Notes under the pieces: model-generated
What the model saw: the letters and a program-made list of their open reading frames with translations, nothing else
What the model was told of the DNA's origin: nothing
Database searches by the model: none
In this document: piece by piece, positions 46,673-58,081 of the stretch
How positions within the stretch are numbered: position 1 is the stretch's first letter
Layout: each line of letters opens with the position of its first letter
Assembly (NCBI GenBank): GCA_002269645.1
Contig: NIVC01000297.1
Coordinates: 186,001-250,000 of the forward strand
From: Macrostomum lignano
Lineage: Eukaryota
Direction: 5' to 3'
Length of the DNA stretch: 64,000 bases
Translations under genes and position numbers: made by a program

Positions 46673-47536
46673 TCACATTCTCTCAATGATCAACGTCAAT
46701 ACAAACTCTTCACCGTTGAAATCAACACCCACCCCATCTTCAGTCTCAAACTGTAGCACAATCTCGTGAATCTCCTTATTACTCAATACAACTCTTTTCA
46801 CTGGATTTGGTTTCTCTACCACCATCTGTCCTCCAGCAACAGAGTTAGAGATGTTGTACAAAATATTCGTTCGCTTTCCCTTAAATACCCAATCAAGACT
46901 GGGATTACTTTTGATTAGAATATTCAAACCCTTTACAATGTCTGCAATATTGGGTGCTAAGAACAAACCGCTTACACTTTCCCGGGCCATTCTAACGGCC
47001 CCTGTTGTTTGAGTGGCGGTCCGCGGCGCGGATTCTGCCTTATAAACTTTCTTCTCGAATCCCAATTCCCTATACCAAGTGTCATCTTTAAACTCAACCT
47101 CCGCATCTTTGTGAACTTGCATGACCACTCTCATTACAGTGAGATCATAGGTTAGTTTGACAGGGAACAGTTTCTTCTCTGGCTTACTCGCATCAGGTGT
47201 CTCAAAATGGCCTCTTTTAGTAAAGACATTTTCTAGAAAGTTATTGTAGGTATCCACACTTTGCGTGCTCACAGGGAATACCACAGGGTCTGCTGCTGCA
47301 CCTTTCCATTTGTAATAAAACTTATTATTTGCTGCCGTCACATTAGGAACGTTTGACCAACCAGTGAAGTCGTTAAGATAGACATGGTAATTAGCACCTG
47401 GATCCAGGCTAATCGCCTGCTCTAATTTTTGAATAAATATCCAGTTTGAGTCATTTATTCGCCCAGTTATTGTAATAGGAATGCTCTCCTTGGAGTGAGA
47501 AACAATATTATTTAGTCTTTCAGCAATCGCTTCCAT
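46673..47536 (-). CDS. Polinton/adintovirus minor capsid protein (penton), intact 287 aa
   Basis: ISLDPGANYHVYLNDFTGWSNVPNVTAANNKFYY, ELGFEKKVY, NIADIVKG, NILYNI..V..G..VVEKP and DG.GVDFNGE.FVL follow the single jelly-roll minor-capsid pattern of Polintons. Confidence 0.85.
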   Translation of the reverse strand: MEAIAERLNNIVSHSKESIPITITGRINDSNWIFIQKLEQAISLDPGANYHVYLNDFTGWSNVPNVTAANNKFYYKWKGAAADPVVFPVSTQSVDTYNNFLENVFTKRGHFETPDASKPEKKLFPVKLTYDLTVMRVVMQVHKDAEVEFKDDTWYRELGFEKKVYKAESAPRTATQTTGAVRMARESVSGLFLAPNIADIVKGLNILIKSNPSLDWVFKGKRTNILYNISNSVAGGQMVVEKPNPVKRVVLSNKEIHEIVLQFETEDGVGVDFNGEEFVLTLIIERM

Positions 47537-47558
47537 TTTTTATTGAAAAAAAAATTAT

Positions 47559-47950
47559 TCAAACTTTACTAGACGAGTTATTGATCATGTTAAGCTTCAC
47601 CTTCCTCTCAAATGCATAGACAATGTACAGGTCCACGGGTGTTGCGACAGTCCTCTCAATGTTAGTCACGATATTCACAGGGCTGTTATCAGTAGGCATT
47701 TGTCTGGCAGACACATCAGCGCCAAACATCGGATATAGAGTTCCATATTGAAGAGCAGTGATAGCAATTCCATTGTTCTCTTTCACAGCCAAGTCGACCA
47801 ACTCGCTGTAAAATTTGCTAATCTTGTTCTGACTGAAATCTCCATTTTGTGGCAGTGCAGGGTAAAGATTATCACTGATTTCATGCTGAATGGACCGCAC
47901 GTCTCCATGCATGTAGCGTATAATGCTATTTGGGTTTCTCATATTAATAA
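47559..47950 (-). CDS. Major capsid protein C-terminal fragment (adintovirus/group-2 Polinton type), 5' part lost
   Basis: LYP..NGDF...SKFY, ITALQYGTLYPMFGADVS and YAFERKVKL resemble MCP C-termini (YP..F..Y, LYP.F.FDVS, SDR..). Residues upstream of 47951 derive from the Helitron. Confidence 0.78.
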
Positions 47951-48219
47951 CAAGCTGTTGAAACCCGCGGATTTTGAACCCGGGGAATTCCATTACCCGG
48001 AACTACTTTTGCATGTATTCTGAAATCTAAGGCCATACACAAACAAAAACTTGTTAATAGTTAGTAGGATAGAGGTAGACATAAAATGGAGCACATTCGT
48101 GTAAAATTAAGGTTTGAGGCATTGTTGGCTGGGGTACTGCGCAGAATGTCAGGCAATGTCTGTCTGACTCTAAAGCATATATTGCTAAACTCTGGTCTCT
48201 CCCTGACTCTCCCTACGTC

Positions 48220-48576
48220 CCTTGGATCCTTTAAAATTTCTATCGTCTCTTTGTTTCCTCTCATCTCTCTCGTCCCTCGTCTCTCCTCTCTCCTCTCTCC
48301 CCTCTTCTCTCGTATCTTCCCTCATCTCTCTTCTCTTTCATCTCTCTTATCTCATCTCTTGTCTCTTCGTTTCTCTCTCCTCTCCTTTCTCCTCTCTACT
48401 TTTTCGTTTTCTCTCTCCTCTCCTCTCTCCTCTCTCCCCCTCTCCTCTACTCTCTCATCTCTCCCCTCTTCTCTCGTCTCTTCCCTCACCTCTTTTCTCT
48501 CTCGTCTTTGCTCTCTCATCATTCCTTTCTCTTCTTTTATCTTTTATCTCTTATCTCTTCTCATTTCTCTCTGCTC

Positions 48577-48648
<72 letters not shown>

Positions 48649-49090
48649 GTCTTTCTCTCTTATCTCTCCTTCTCTCTCTACTCTCTCCCCTCTCCATTCT
48701 CCTCTTTCCTCTCCTCTCTCCTCACTCACTTCTCTACCTTTGTCTCTCCTCTCTCCTCTCGTCTCTGTAACCTCTCCTCTGTTCTCTCTACTCTCCCATC
48801 TTTTATCTGTTCACTCTCGTCTCTGCTCTCTCATCCCCCCTCTTTAATCTGGCATCTCTGTCTTATATGTTCTCTCACCTCTCTCCTCTGTACTCTTTTC
48901 TTTCCCCTCTTTTGACTCCTCACTTTCCTTTCTCCTTTCTTCTTTTCTCTTCTCTTCCCTTTTCTATACTCTGTCTCCGTCTCTTCTCTCACTCCACTCT
49001 CCTCTCTCCGTTATCTCTTATCTCTCCTTCCACCTCTCTCATCTCTAGAACCTTAGAGATGTAGAGATGTATCTTTATCTCTTCTCTCTT
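48220..49090. repeat. CT/GA-rich low-complexity tract inside Helitron copy B
   Basis: Pyrimidine-rich, with a pure (TC)n run near 48585-48640. Confidence 0.95.
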
Positions 49091-49095
49091 CCAAA

Positions 49096-52000
49096 GAAGA
49101 GTTGAAGAGTTGCGGGCGTGGATCGAGGTCTTTGACGCCCAGGCGCGATCAAAAGGAGTGAAGGACACCGATCGCACTGATGACACAGTCGGCAATCTGG
49201 CGTTGACCGATGCTTTCCTTGGCTGCCTTGGCGTGGCACAGCTCATCAAAGTGAAGCAGCTGGTCGCGCCCAAACCGCTCTCGCAGATGAAGTGGGCGGA
49301 AATCAAGGAGTGCCTTGTGCGGTTTCTGGAGCCCAAGAAGAGGCTGCTGATTGCCGAGAGAGCGGCTTTCATGTCCATGCGCCAAGGAGACGGTGAGACG
49401 GTTGCCGGCTTCGCTGCCCGACTTCAAGAGCAGGCGGTGGTGTGCGAATTCGAGAAGCTGAAGGGCGAGAATGTTGATCCAGCTGAGCAGCTGATCAAAA
49501 TGCGCCTCATCGCCGGTCTCAGCAACCAGGAGGTCCGGAGCAAGGTTCTCGAGCGCGAAGTCTCCGCAGAGCTCTCGGTGAGCCAGATCACCGAGTACGT
49601 GCAGCAACTTCAGATGGTGAGCAAATTTTCGTTCGGGCCACTGACTGCCTCCGGCCAAGCTGAAGGAGACTCGGCGGTGCATCAGGCATCGCCCGCTAGC
49701 CAGGAGGTGCCAGAAGAGGATTCTGCTGGTGCCAACAGCATCAACGCGGCTGAGATGGTGAGGCCCAGAGCCGGTGGAGGCCAGAGCTGCCAGCGCTGCG
49801 GCCAGGCGCAACATCGCAGACCGACAGACTGCCGGGCCCTGAAGGTCACCTGTCACAAGTGCGGGAAGACTGGCCACTTCGCGAAGGTCTGCCGGAGTGC
49901 CAGGACCCACTTTGTCGCACCCAACGAATCCAAGCACTCTGACTCAGCCGTGACCAGAGACGAGCCGGTTTTCTACTGCGGTGCGGGCACCCCTGCTGCA
50001 TTCTGCGATGTGAAAATCAACAGAAGGCAGGTCAAAATGGAAAAGGACAGCGGCGCCTCGTGCTCACTAATCTCGAGAAAGATCTGGGAAGAACTCGGCA
50101 GGCCGCCACTGAAGTCGCCCAAGTCTCGGATGCTGGCCTACGACGGGCACGTGATGAAGCAGCTCGGCATCCTGGAGTGCCTGGTGGAGACTGGCGGCCC
50201 TGATGGCCGCTTCGCTGCGGCGGAGCTGCCCGTCATCGAATGCGAGCAGAAGTTCGGGTTGCTCGGCCGGGATCTGCTCAGCTCGCTGCCAGCTCACCAC
50301 TCAGATGAGGCCAAGCCGCCCAGCAACAACAGGTACGAGAGCTTGTTGGGTACCAAGGGAGCAGTTGGCGAGATCCTGTTGAAGGCGGGAGCCAGGCCGA
50401 TTTTCCAACCAGCCAGAGAGCTGCCGCTGGCGCTGCGTCCACTGGTGAAGAAGGAGCTGGACCTGATGGAGAAGGCGGGCATAGTTGAGAAGGTGACGTC
50501 CTCAGAGTGGGGCAGCTCCATAGTGGTGACGGTGAAATCCGACAAGATGTCTGTGAGGATCTGCGGAGACTACACTGCTGTCAATCAGTGGGTGCAGGAC
50601 CAGACGTACTTGACTCCGTCCATCGAGACAGCCTTCTCAAAGATGGCAAACAAGAAGTTGTTCTGCCGACTGGATTTATCTGACGCTTATTATCAGGTTC
50701 CGCTGGAAAATGAGTCAAAAGACATCACCACGATCAACACCCCTTTCGGCTGCTACCGCTTTAACAGGCTGCCGTACGGCATCAAGGTTTCTCCGTCTGT
50801 GTTCCAGCGCGAGATGGAGAAGCTGCTGGGTGAGCACCCAAGTGTCATCGTGTACCAGGATGATGTGCTCATGGGAGCGGTGTCAAAGGCGGAGCTGCAG
50901 AACATCAGAGAGAAGGTGCTGGACAAGCTGAGGGCGGCTAATGTGAAAATCAACGAAGCGAAGTGCATTTTGGAGGCCACAAGCCTAAAGTTCCTGGGCC
51001 ACATCATCGATGAAGAGGGGATCAAGCCGGATCCAGGAATGGTGCAGAAGATTCAGGATGTGGAGGCTCCGAAAAGCAAGAAGGATCTCGAGCGGTTTCT
51101 GGGCTTGGCGCAGTTCTATGGTCGGTTGGTTCCCAACTTTGCTGAGAAGTGTCGGCCTCTGCAGGAACTTCGTCGAGCGGACCGTGTGTTTGACTGGAGT
51201 GCGGCTGCCGAGGCGGCGTTCACCAATGTGAAGCAGAGCCTGAGCTCGAATCCGTGTGTGAAACCGTTTGACGTCAACTCGCCGGTGTGTCTGCGGGTGG
51301 ATGCTAGCGAGCAGTCTCTGGGCGCTGTGCTGGTGCAGTCAGGGCACCCAGTAATGTACCTCTCTCGGGCGCTGACCAAGTCTGAGGCCAACTACTCCAA
51401 CATTGAGCGGGAGGCTCTGGCCATTGTCTGGGCGGTGGAGGGAGCCCGCAAGATGCTCCTGGGGAAGAGGTTCACGCTCCAGACTGACCACGAGCCACTG
51501 AAGTACATCTTCAATCCCAGCAAGAACCTTCCTAAAACAGCGTCGGCAAGACTAACTCGCTGGGCCCTGCGACTATCTGCTTTTGACTACGAGGTTGAGT
51601 ATGTGCCAGGAAGACTGATGGTGGATGCGGATGCCTTGTCTCGTTTGAGTTTTGCTGCCCAAGACCCTCCAAGTGACGCCGTGCACCAGCTGGAGCATGA
51701 AGAGGTCGTGTCAGAAGGAGCTCTTGTGACTCTGCAGGATCTTCGTGAGGGAACCAGGATGTGCGCGTTGATGAAGCGGCTGCAGCAGAGGATCAGAACA
51801 GGCCGGTGGGGCCAGGTGTCGCAGGTGGAGAGGCCGTACAAAGCGTGCCGGGAGGCGCTGTCGGTGGAAGACGGTCTGGTGATCCACGGAACCAGAATTG
51901 TGCCCCCACCTGTTCTCCGCAGGCGCATTCTGGAGGTGGCGCACGACGAGGTGCATCCGAGCGCCGACAACACCAAGGCGCACATCTCCAAGGAGTTCTG

Positions 52001-53250
52001 GTGGCCGGGTCTCGATCGCGATGTTCACAGTTTTGTGGAGCGCTGCCAGCAGTGTTCAGAAACTCGGCCAGTCCTGCAGCGAAGAATCGACACCTGGCCA
52101 GCCGAGAGTGAGCCGTGGTCCCGGGTTCACATGGACCATTGTGAGATTTCTGGTGTCGGCCTGCTACTGCTGCTGTCGGACTCCTACTCCGGGTGGCCTG
52201 AGGCGATTCAGGTGCCAGACCGAACTGCGGACAGTGTCCTGCGGGTTCTGAGAGCGGTATTTGCCAGGAACGGAGTGCCTCGGACTCTGGTGTCGGACAA
52301 TGCGCCGGAGTTCAAGTCGGAGAAAGTGTCCCAGTGGCTGCGCAGCATCGGGTGCCAGGAGCTGCACACTCCACCGTACCATCCGGCCTCGAACGGTCAG
52401 GCAGAAAGGCTGGTGAGGATCATCAAGGATGGACTCAAGGCGTGGACGAAGATAGTGCCGTTCGACCACTTCCTGCAGAAACTGCTGCTGACGATCAGGA
52501 CCAGCCGGCCCAGTGGAAATAGAGCGGCATCTCCGGACGTTCTGATGTGGGGTCGTCGCCTTCGCCACCCGCTAACCATGACTGAGCAGGTGGGCGATCC
52601 AATCTGGCTGAGGATGCGTCCGGGATTTTCGCCGGTTCCGGGCAAGTTCGTGGTGCAGCACGGCCAGAACACGGCGCTGGTAGCCCCTGCGGACCAATCG
52701 GACGGCGGCCTGCGGCTGGCGCACTCGAATCAGTGGACCGGCCGGCCGAGTGCGCCTGGGTCGCCTGAGGGGGCTGAACCTGAGGCGGAGTTGCCGGAGC
52801 AGCTTCCTGGCGCCATGGTTGAGCACCTTCCTGATCCGGAACCAACGGTGGCGCCAATGAACAGTGGCCAGCGAGAGCCGTACGAGCTTCGGCCTCGCCA
52901 GCCTGTCTGCTATAAAGTCTAGTGACTCTTTGTGACTGTACTTGACTCTGATTTTGTTCTTGTGGTTTCAGTCTTTGTTTGCTTTGGCGGGGGGCAGTGT
53001 TGGGCCTGGTGCGTGGGGTTGGGGTGCGCTTTTACTCCGTGTATCGTTTGTGTTCTTAACTCTGTGCGTGTACTCATGGTCCGTGGCTCACGCTCTTTGC
53101 ACGTCTCTGCTCTATCGTGATTTTAATGTACATTGTTGGTGTTTTAGCCCTGGGGTGGGGTGGCTACTATTGAACCTCGCTTGTAATAAATCGTATCGTT
53201 GGTTGTCGGTGCTCTTGGCACATTCGTCTTGTCTCGCATACTCTCAGCTC
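49096..53250 (+). mobile_element. Ty3/gypsy LTR retrotransposon lacking its 5' LTR
   Basis: Uninterrupted gag-pol; purine tract ggcgggggcag followed by TGTTGGG at 52998 (3' LTR start) with AATAAA near 53185. The 3' LTR end is approximate. Confidence 0.9.
49110..52922 (+). CDS. Gag-Pol polyprotein, open for 1270 aa
   Basis: CCHC knuckles, KDSGAS protease, YQDD RT, VDASEQSLGAVL RNase H, HH-CC zinc finger and SDNAPEF integrase. Confidence 0.95.
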   Translation: MRAWIEVFDAQARSKGVKDTDRTDDTVGNLALTDAFLGCLGVAQLIKVKQLVAPKPLSQMKWAEIKECLVRFLEPKKRLLIAERAAFMSMRQGDGETVAGFAARLQEQAVVCEFEKLKGENVDPAEQLIKMRLIAGLSNQEVRSKVLEREVSAELSVSQITEYVQQLQMVSKFSFGPLTASGQAEGDSAVHQASPASQEVPEEDSAGANSINAAEMVRPRAGGGQSCQRCGQAQHRRPTDCRALKVTCHKCGKTGHFAKVCRSARTHFVAPNESKHSDSAVTRDEPVFYCGAGTPAAFCDVKINRRQVKMEKDSGASCSLISRKIWEELGRPPLKSPKSRMLAYDGHVMKQLGILECLVETGGPDGRFAAAELPVIECEQKFGLLGRDLLSSLPAHHSDEAKPPSNNRYESLLGTKGAVGEILLKAGARPIFQPARELPLALRPLVKKELDLMEKAGIVEKVTSSEWGSSIVVTVKSDKMSVRICGDYTAVNQWVQDQTYLTPSIETAFSKMANKKLFCRLDLSDAYYQVPLENESKDITTINTPFGCYRFNRLPYGIKVSPSVFQREMEKLLGEHPSVIVYQDDVLMGAVSKAELQNIREKVLDKLRAANVKINEAKCILEATSLKFLGHIIDEEGIKPDPGMVQKIQDVEAPKSKKDLERFLGLAQFYGRLVPNFAEKCRPLQELRRADRVFDWSAAAEAAFTNVKQSLSSNPCVKPFDVNSPVCLRVDASEQSLGAVLVQSGHPVMYLSRALTKSEANYSNIEREALAIVWAVEGARKMLLGKRFTLQTDHEPLKYIFNPSKNLPKTASARLTRWALRLSAFDYEVEYVPGRLMVDADALSRLSFAAQDPPSDAVHQLEHEEVVSEGALVTLQDLREGTRMCALMKRLQQRIRTGRWGQVSQVERPYKACREALSVEDGLVIHGTRIVPPPVLRRRILEVAHDEVHPSADNTKAHISKEFWWPGLDRDVHSFVERCQQCSETRPVLQRRIDTWPAESEPWSRVHMDHCEISGVGLLLLLSDSYSGWPEAIQVPDRTADSVLRVLRAVFARNGVPRTLVSDNAPEFKSEKVSQWLRSIGCQELHTPPYHPASNGQAERLVRIIKDGLKAWTKIVPFDHFLQKLLLTIRTSRPSGNRAASPDVLMWGRRLRHPLTMTEQVGDPIWLRMRPGFSPVPGKFVVQHGQNTALVAPADQSDGGLRLAHSNQWTGRPSAPGSPEGAEPEAELPEQLPGAMVEHLPDPEPTVAPMNSGQREPYELRPRQPVCYKV

Positions 53251-54649
53251 ATGACTTGTTCATTTCAACATATTCCTTTTCCTTTTCACTCTCATATGGC
53301 CCGTAGCTGCCGATCTGCCGATCCCTGCTTCGAAAGCCAGTTTGTGGGACGTAGTACTATCATGGTTGTTATCATTTCTCATGCTTTAATAACGTCATCT
53401 TTCTGATCAATTAGCAGCCCTGAGAGAAATTTGTATATCTCCAGCTCCACCACCACAGTCTGCAGCAGTCTAACAACCATGGAAATACGCATTTCTTAGG
53501 AGGCCATTTAAATTTTAAAGTACCTTATGCGAATCCTAATGTTAAAAATTTCATGGTGTAACTAATTTAGTAGGATTGCATTGTAATCTGTTATTCATTA
53601 ATTTTTCGATATTTTTACAAACCATCCCACATCGCCTTGATTTGCCATCCTTGTTTAACTGCTGCAGACTTGTCTATTCAGAGGACAGTGGTTTGAAATT
53701 GAATCTCTCACTAAACTCTCTCCTCTCCACGCCTCTCCACTCGCGGGGGTACAGAGAAGGCTATTAAAAAGTTATTCCAAAACACTGTACATTCGATATG
53801 TACATTGAGCCCTATCGCCTGACCCTTCGTCTGGACTGCGGGAATGAGTGAGTTGAGCGCCACAAACAACAGAAAAAGCAGACAAACTTCACATGCTTAC
53901 AGTTTCTTTTTCGGTTGAGTTACAGAGTTAAAACTTTACATTTAGATAGAGAATGAGTCAATGAAGAATTGTGTCAAGTTGGGAGTCAATCGCTTTACGT
54001 GGAGCAAACTTATGGCAGCTGAAAGTTAGTCAATTTTGAAACCCTTTTACACATCTGGGCCCAGATCGGGATCGGGAAAGAGAGGCAGGCGGGCGGAGGT
54101 TGGGGTGGTTGCTACGCTGAAAAAAACAGCCTAACTTTAAAAGTGCACAGCACCGCTCAGGATTAACTTTGAGACTCGAAATTTTACACAATTGTGCCAA
54201 AATAGTTAAAGATTATCTGTGTCAAATTTGAAAAGAATCGGTAGAAGTGGAGCGGCGCTATGGAGGATTAAGTGAAAAAATCGCGCATTTTGAGCAGTTT
54301 TTTGCACTTTTAGGTAGGAAGACTCAAATTTAGGGAATTTTAAGGTAGCCTAAGACATTCTCCGTAGTAAGTTTAGGGTGGGTGTAAAGTTTGGTGTCAT
54401 TTGGTTGAGCGGTTTGGGAGTCCATAGCGAAGTAATTTGTCCACAGACAGACAGACAGACAGACAGAGTTTTGATTTTTATATGTATAGACAAGCTGTTG
54501 AAACCCGCGGATTTTGAACCCGGGGAATTCCAATCCCCGGAACTACTTTTGCATGTATTCTGAAATCTAAGGCCATACACAAACAAATTAATGTTAGTAA
54601 GATAGAGGTAGACATAAAATGGAGCACATTCGTGTAAAATTAGGGTTTG

Positions 54650-56646
54650 TGATGGGTTTCGACCTTCGGGCTCCTTGTTAGGGAAGCCTTCGGGCCTCAG
54701 GCTCAGAAATAAATCAATTAGAGACCTGGCCCCCCACTCCTGTCAGATGGTCAGCCCCATGGTAGCTTGATCGTGTGGCGAGCAGTCTAGGTCCTATAGC
54801 TAAGAGAGGGACAGCGAGAGACGAGCAGGGAGAATTTTGAAAGTAGAAATTAGCTAATCCGCAGATCAACTAACTTGCTGCCACCAGCCCGTGCGCCCTG
54901 GCTCACCACACCGGGACTCTCGAAATCGGGCTTCCGACTAGAAGGGGCTTTGCACTTACCTGCCAACTAGTGTCTTTTTGCTGTCAATCTCGAAGTCATA
55001 GCCGATGATAAGGGACACTGCTGGGACTAGATCGCGTTGGCCATGCAGGTACAGAGGGGACTTGTGCAGGGGATTCTTGCGGTGGCGAGTCTATGGGGTA
55101 GCTACATGTACTATTACATTGCTAAATACGAAGATATGTACTTTTAGCCTTCAACGCGCCAACTAGCCTCTCATAGCGCTGATGATAGGCTAACTCGAAC
55201 TTCAGAGACCGCATGATTCATTTACCCGAGCCGCTTGGCTACCCTTGAGTGCACAAAGTACATCTCTGGCGCCGATTCTGCACTTCTGGCAGTTTTGCTC
55301 ACTGATTTGTTAGATTGGTCGACTGAGAACTGCCTTGCCATTGGTCCACTGTGACCGGCGCCTACTAGCTTAGCTACTCATCTGAGCCATCGGCGAACAA
55401 AGAAATAAAACCGACAAAGATAACTGTTAGATTTAACCTTCTCCTTAGTTCACTTCACACTTCAGATTGAATTGGAGTCTTAGACTACTAGCAGTATTAT
55501 TGAATGATTCCTGCCTCAGCAACAGCACTATTGAACAAAATGAGCAAAAGTGTGCGCCTACTTCAGCTACTGCAACAGGGGACAGAAAAGGGATCACCCA
55601 ATCAAGCAAGTCTAGGTAGCCTCTCACCCAACCAATCAGAAACTCAACAGCCGGAGACCAGGTATTCCACAGTGACCGAATCGGCTCGATGCTCTGCAGC
55701 TGTAGACTCGGGATGATGCTGTCACAATCTTCGCTGTTAGCTAGCAGGTGATGCTCTTAACTGGATGTTCGCTGCTGTCGACCGGGGGACTCGTCCTTGA
55801 TGATGATGGGGGAAGTTGCAATCCGGGGATCAAGAAACGACGGTCGTGCTCCGGGAACCAGAAGTTGCGCGCTGGGCCCGAGCCAAAGTAAGAAGAAGTT
55901 GCGTCCGAGCGGGCCAAAAACTCCGGTTTAAATAGCCGCCAACTGGACCGCAGTTTGTTATAACGGAACACGTCGATTCTGATTGGCTGAGCCGTTTTGT
56001 TAAAATGAGCGCCGAATTTTCTGATTGGCTAAGCTCGTTGCTACCCAGAATCACGTGACCGAGAGATCCTATCAGTTCCCACAGGGTCGTAAAAAGATGA
56101 CAGGTGCGGCCATAAATCACTCAAAATCGCAACAAAATGATTTATGACTTTTCGCGTAGGATTGACAGAAATTAATGAAAAAATATACATTAGAAAGCTC
56201 TTATTAAATAGAAAGTGAAGATAATGAAGAGAAATCGCTAATCGCTAATCCCAAGGTACTTTTAGGGGTAAAACGCATAGCTGTCAAAGCTGTCACACGC
56301 TTGAGTGAATCCGAACAATAGGCTCTGACCTCATAAATCTTGATGGCCTGTCAAAATGATGAGAAAAAAGCTACCGCCCGCATCCTCTCAGACCATCTGG
56401 CGCCCGCTTCAACACTGAGTGAGGCGCAGGTGGCTGTCAGATCAGCTACGAAAGCGATGATTTATGACCCAAAAAGCTGCGCCTATGTTATTATGACTAC
56501 TAGTATGGCCAGACATTATATCTAGTACAGATTCTATGAAAATTCGCAGAAAAAGGATAAAAATGACCACTGCCCACTGTTAGTAGGCAAGTAAGTTTAG
56601 AGCCCATGTGCTAGCGCGGGATTTGGGAAAAAGTGCGTCCTCATCA
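54650..56646. mobile_element. 1997-bp insertion with TG...CA ends and a 4-bp TSD, probable solo LTR
   Basis: Starts TGATGGG and ends CCTCATCA, flanked by TTTG at 54646-54649 and 56647-56650. The empty site ggtttg|aggc is seen in copy B. No long ORF; CCAAT-like and TATTTAAA motifs near 55930-56030. Confidence 0.8.
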
Positions 56647-56769
56647 TTTGAGGCAAACGTTGATATTGTTTGCTGGGGTACTCCACAGAATGCCAGGCAA
56701 TGTCTGTCTGACTCTAAAACATGTATTGGCAAACTCTGGCCTCTCCCTGACTCTCCCTATGTCCCTTGG

Positions 56770-57427
56770 ATCCTTTGATTTCTATCGTCTCTCTGTTTCC
56801 TTTCTTCTCTCTCATCCCTCGTCTCTCGTCTCTCCTCTCTCTTCTCTCCTCTCTTCTCTCGTATCTTCCCTCATCTCTCTTCTCTTCCATCTCTTCCCTA
56901 TTCTTTTCTCTCTCCTCTCCTCTCTCCTTTCTACTTTTCGTTTTCTCTCTGCTCTTCTCTCTCCTCTCCTCTCTCCCATCTTCTTTCGTATATTCCCTCA
57001 TCTTTCTTCTCTTTCATATCTCTTATCTCATCTCTTCCCTCTTCTTTTCTCTCTCCTCTCCTCTCTCCTCTCTACTTTTTCGTTTTCTCCCTCCTCTCCT
57101 CTCTCCTCTCTCCCCCTCTTCTCTCGTCTCTTCCTAGTCCTCTCTATTCTTTTCTCTCTTCTCTTAACTCTCTTCTCTACTCTCTCATCTCTCCTCTCTA
57201 CTCTTTCCTCTCTCTCTCCTCTCTCCCCTCTTCTCTCGTCTCTTCCCTCACCTCTTTTCTCTTTCTCTTTCCTCTTATCTCTTTTCTTGTTTTATCTCTT
57301 CTCTCTCCCCTCGTCGCTCGTCTCTTCCTTCACCTCTCTTCTCTCTCGTCCGCTCATCTCTCCTTTCTCTTCTTTTATCTTTTCTCTCTTATCTCTTCTC
57401 ATTTCTCTCTGCTCTGCGCTCTCTCTC

Positions 57428-57500
<73 letters not shown>

Positions 57501-57900
57501 TCTCCTCTCCCATCCCTCTTCTACTCTCTACTCTCTCCCCTCTTCATTCTCCTATTTCCTCTTCTCTCTCCCTGTCTCTCCTCTCTCCTCTAGTCTCTGT
57601 AATCTCTTCTCTCTTATCTCTCCTCTGTTCTCTCTACTCTCCCATCTCTCGTCTGTTCACCCTCATCTCTGCTCTCTCATCTGTCATCTTTACTCTCTAA
57701 TACGTTCTCTCACTTATCTCCTCTGTACTCTTCTCTTTCACCTCTTCTGACTCCTCTCTTTCCTTACTCCTCTCTTCTTTTCTCTTCCCTCTTCTATACT
57801 CTCTCTCCTCTATTATCTTCTCTCGTCTCTCTGCACTCTCCTCTCACCTTTTTCATCTCTTATCTTTACTCTCTCATCTCTCCTTTCATTTGTATCATCT
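56770..57900. repeat. CT/GA-rich low-complexity tract inside Helitron copy A
   Basis: Homologous in pattern to 48220-49090. Confidence 0.95.
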
Positions 57901-57901
57901 C

Positions 57902-58081
57902 TGTAGGAAGTCTGACAAGCCGTGTGAGTTTGCTTGGATCGATACCGATAGCAAAGTTCCAAATACGAGTAAATGCCAATGCGTGTATTTAAATATTAGT
58001 CAATGGGGGGTTGGCGCGTGCATGGTTAGAGAGTTGAATGTACGCCGATATAGAATGACACTGCTAAGGCGCAAGCCTACA
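57902..58081 (-). repeat. 3' LTR (180 bp)
   Basis: Perfect 6-bp terminal inverted repeat and adjacent PPT. Confidence 0.88.

Larger units (their letters stand above)
45911..47950 (-). mobile_element. Polinton/adintovirus-type endogenous virus fragment (MCP 3' part, minor capsid, small ORF, candidate terminus)
   Basis: Intronless, tightly packed ORFs with A-rich spacers (aataaaaaATG) and capsid motifs; cut at 47951 by a Helitron-like end. The left boundary is inferred. Confidence 0.8.
47951..54490 (-). mobile_element. Non-autonomous Helitron-like element, copy B (contains a nested gypsy)
   Basis: Minus-strand 5' end TCTATACATATAAAAATC followed by (TGTC)n. 3' end has a GC hairpin cccgggttcaaaatccgcggg 13 nt before CTTG, followed by T. 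Confidence 0.78.
54491..57901 (-). mobile_element. Helitron-like copy A (3' part), interrupted by a solo LTR and cut by a gypsy LTR
   Basis: 54491-54649 matches 47951-48116; 56651-56800 matches 48117-48260, followed by a homologous CT tract. Confidence 0.8.

Noticed and set aside
47951-47993. N-terminal MEFPGFKIRGFQQL of the 144-aa ORF as the MCP start
   Set aside because: These residues come from the Helitron 3' end; the same peptide appears at ORF 54330-54533.
48086-48915. Leu/Ser-rich ORFs (also 56633-57700)
   Set aside because: Translations of CT low-complexity tracts.
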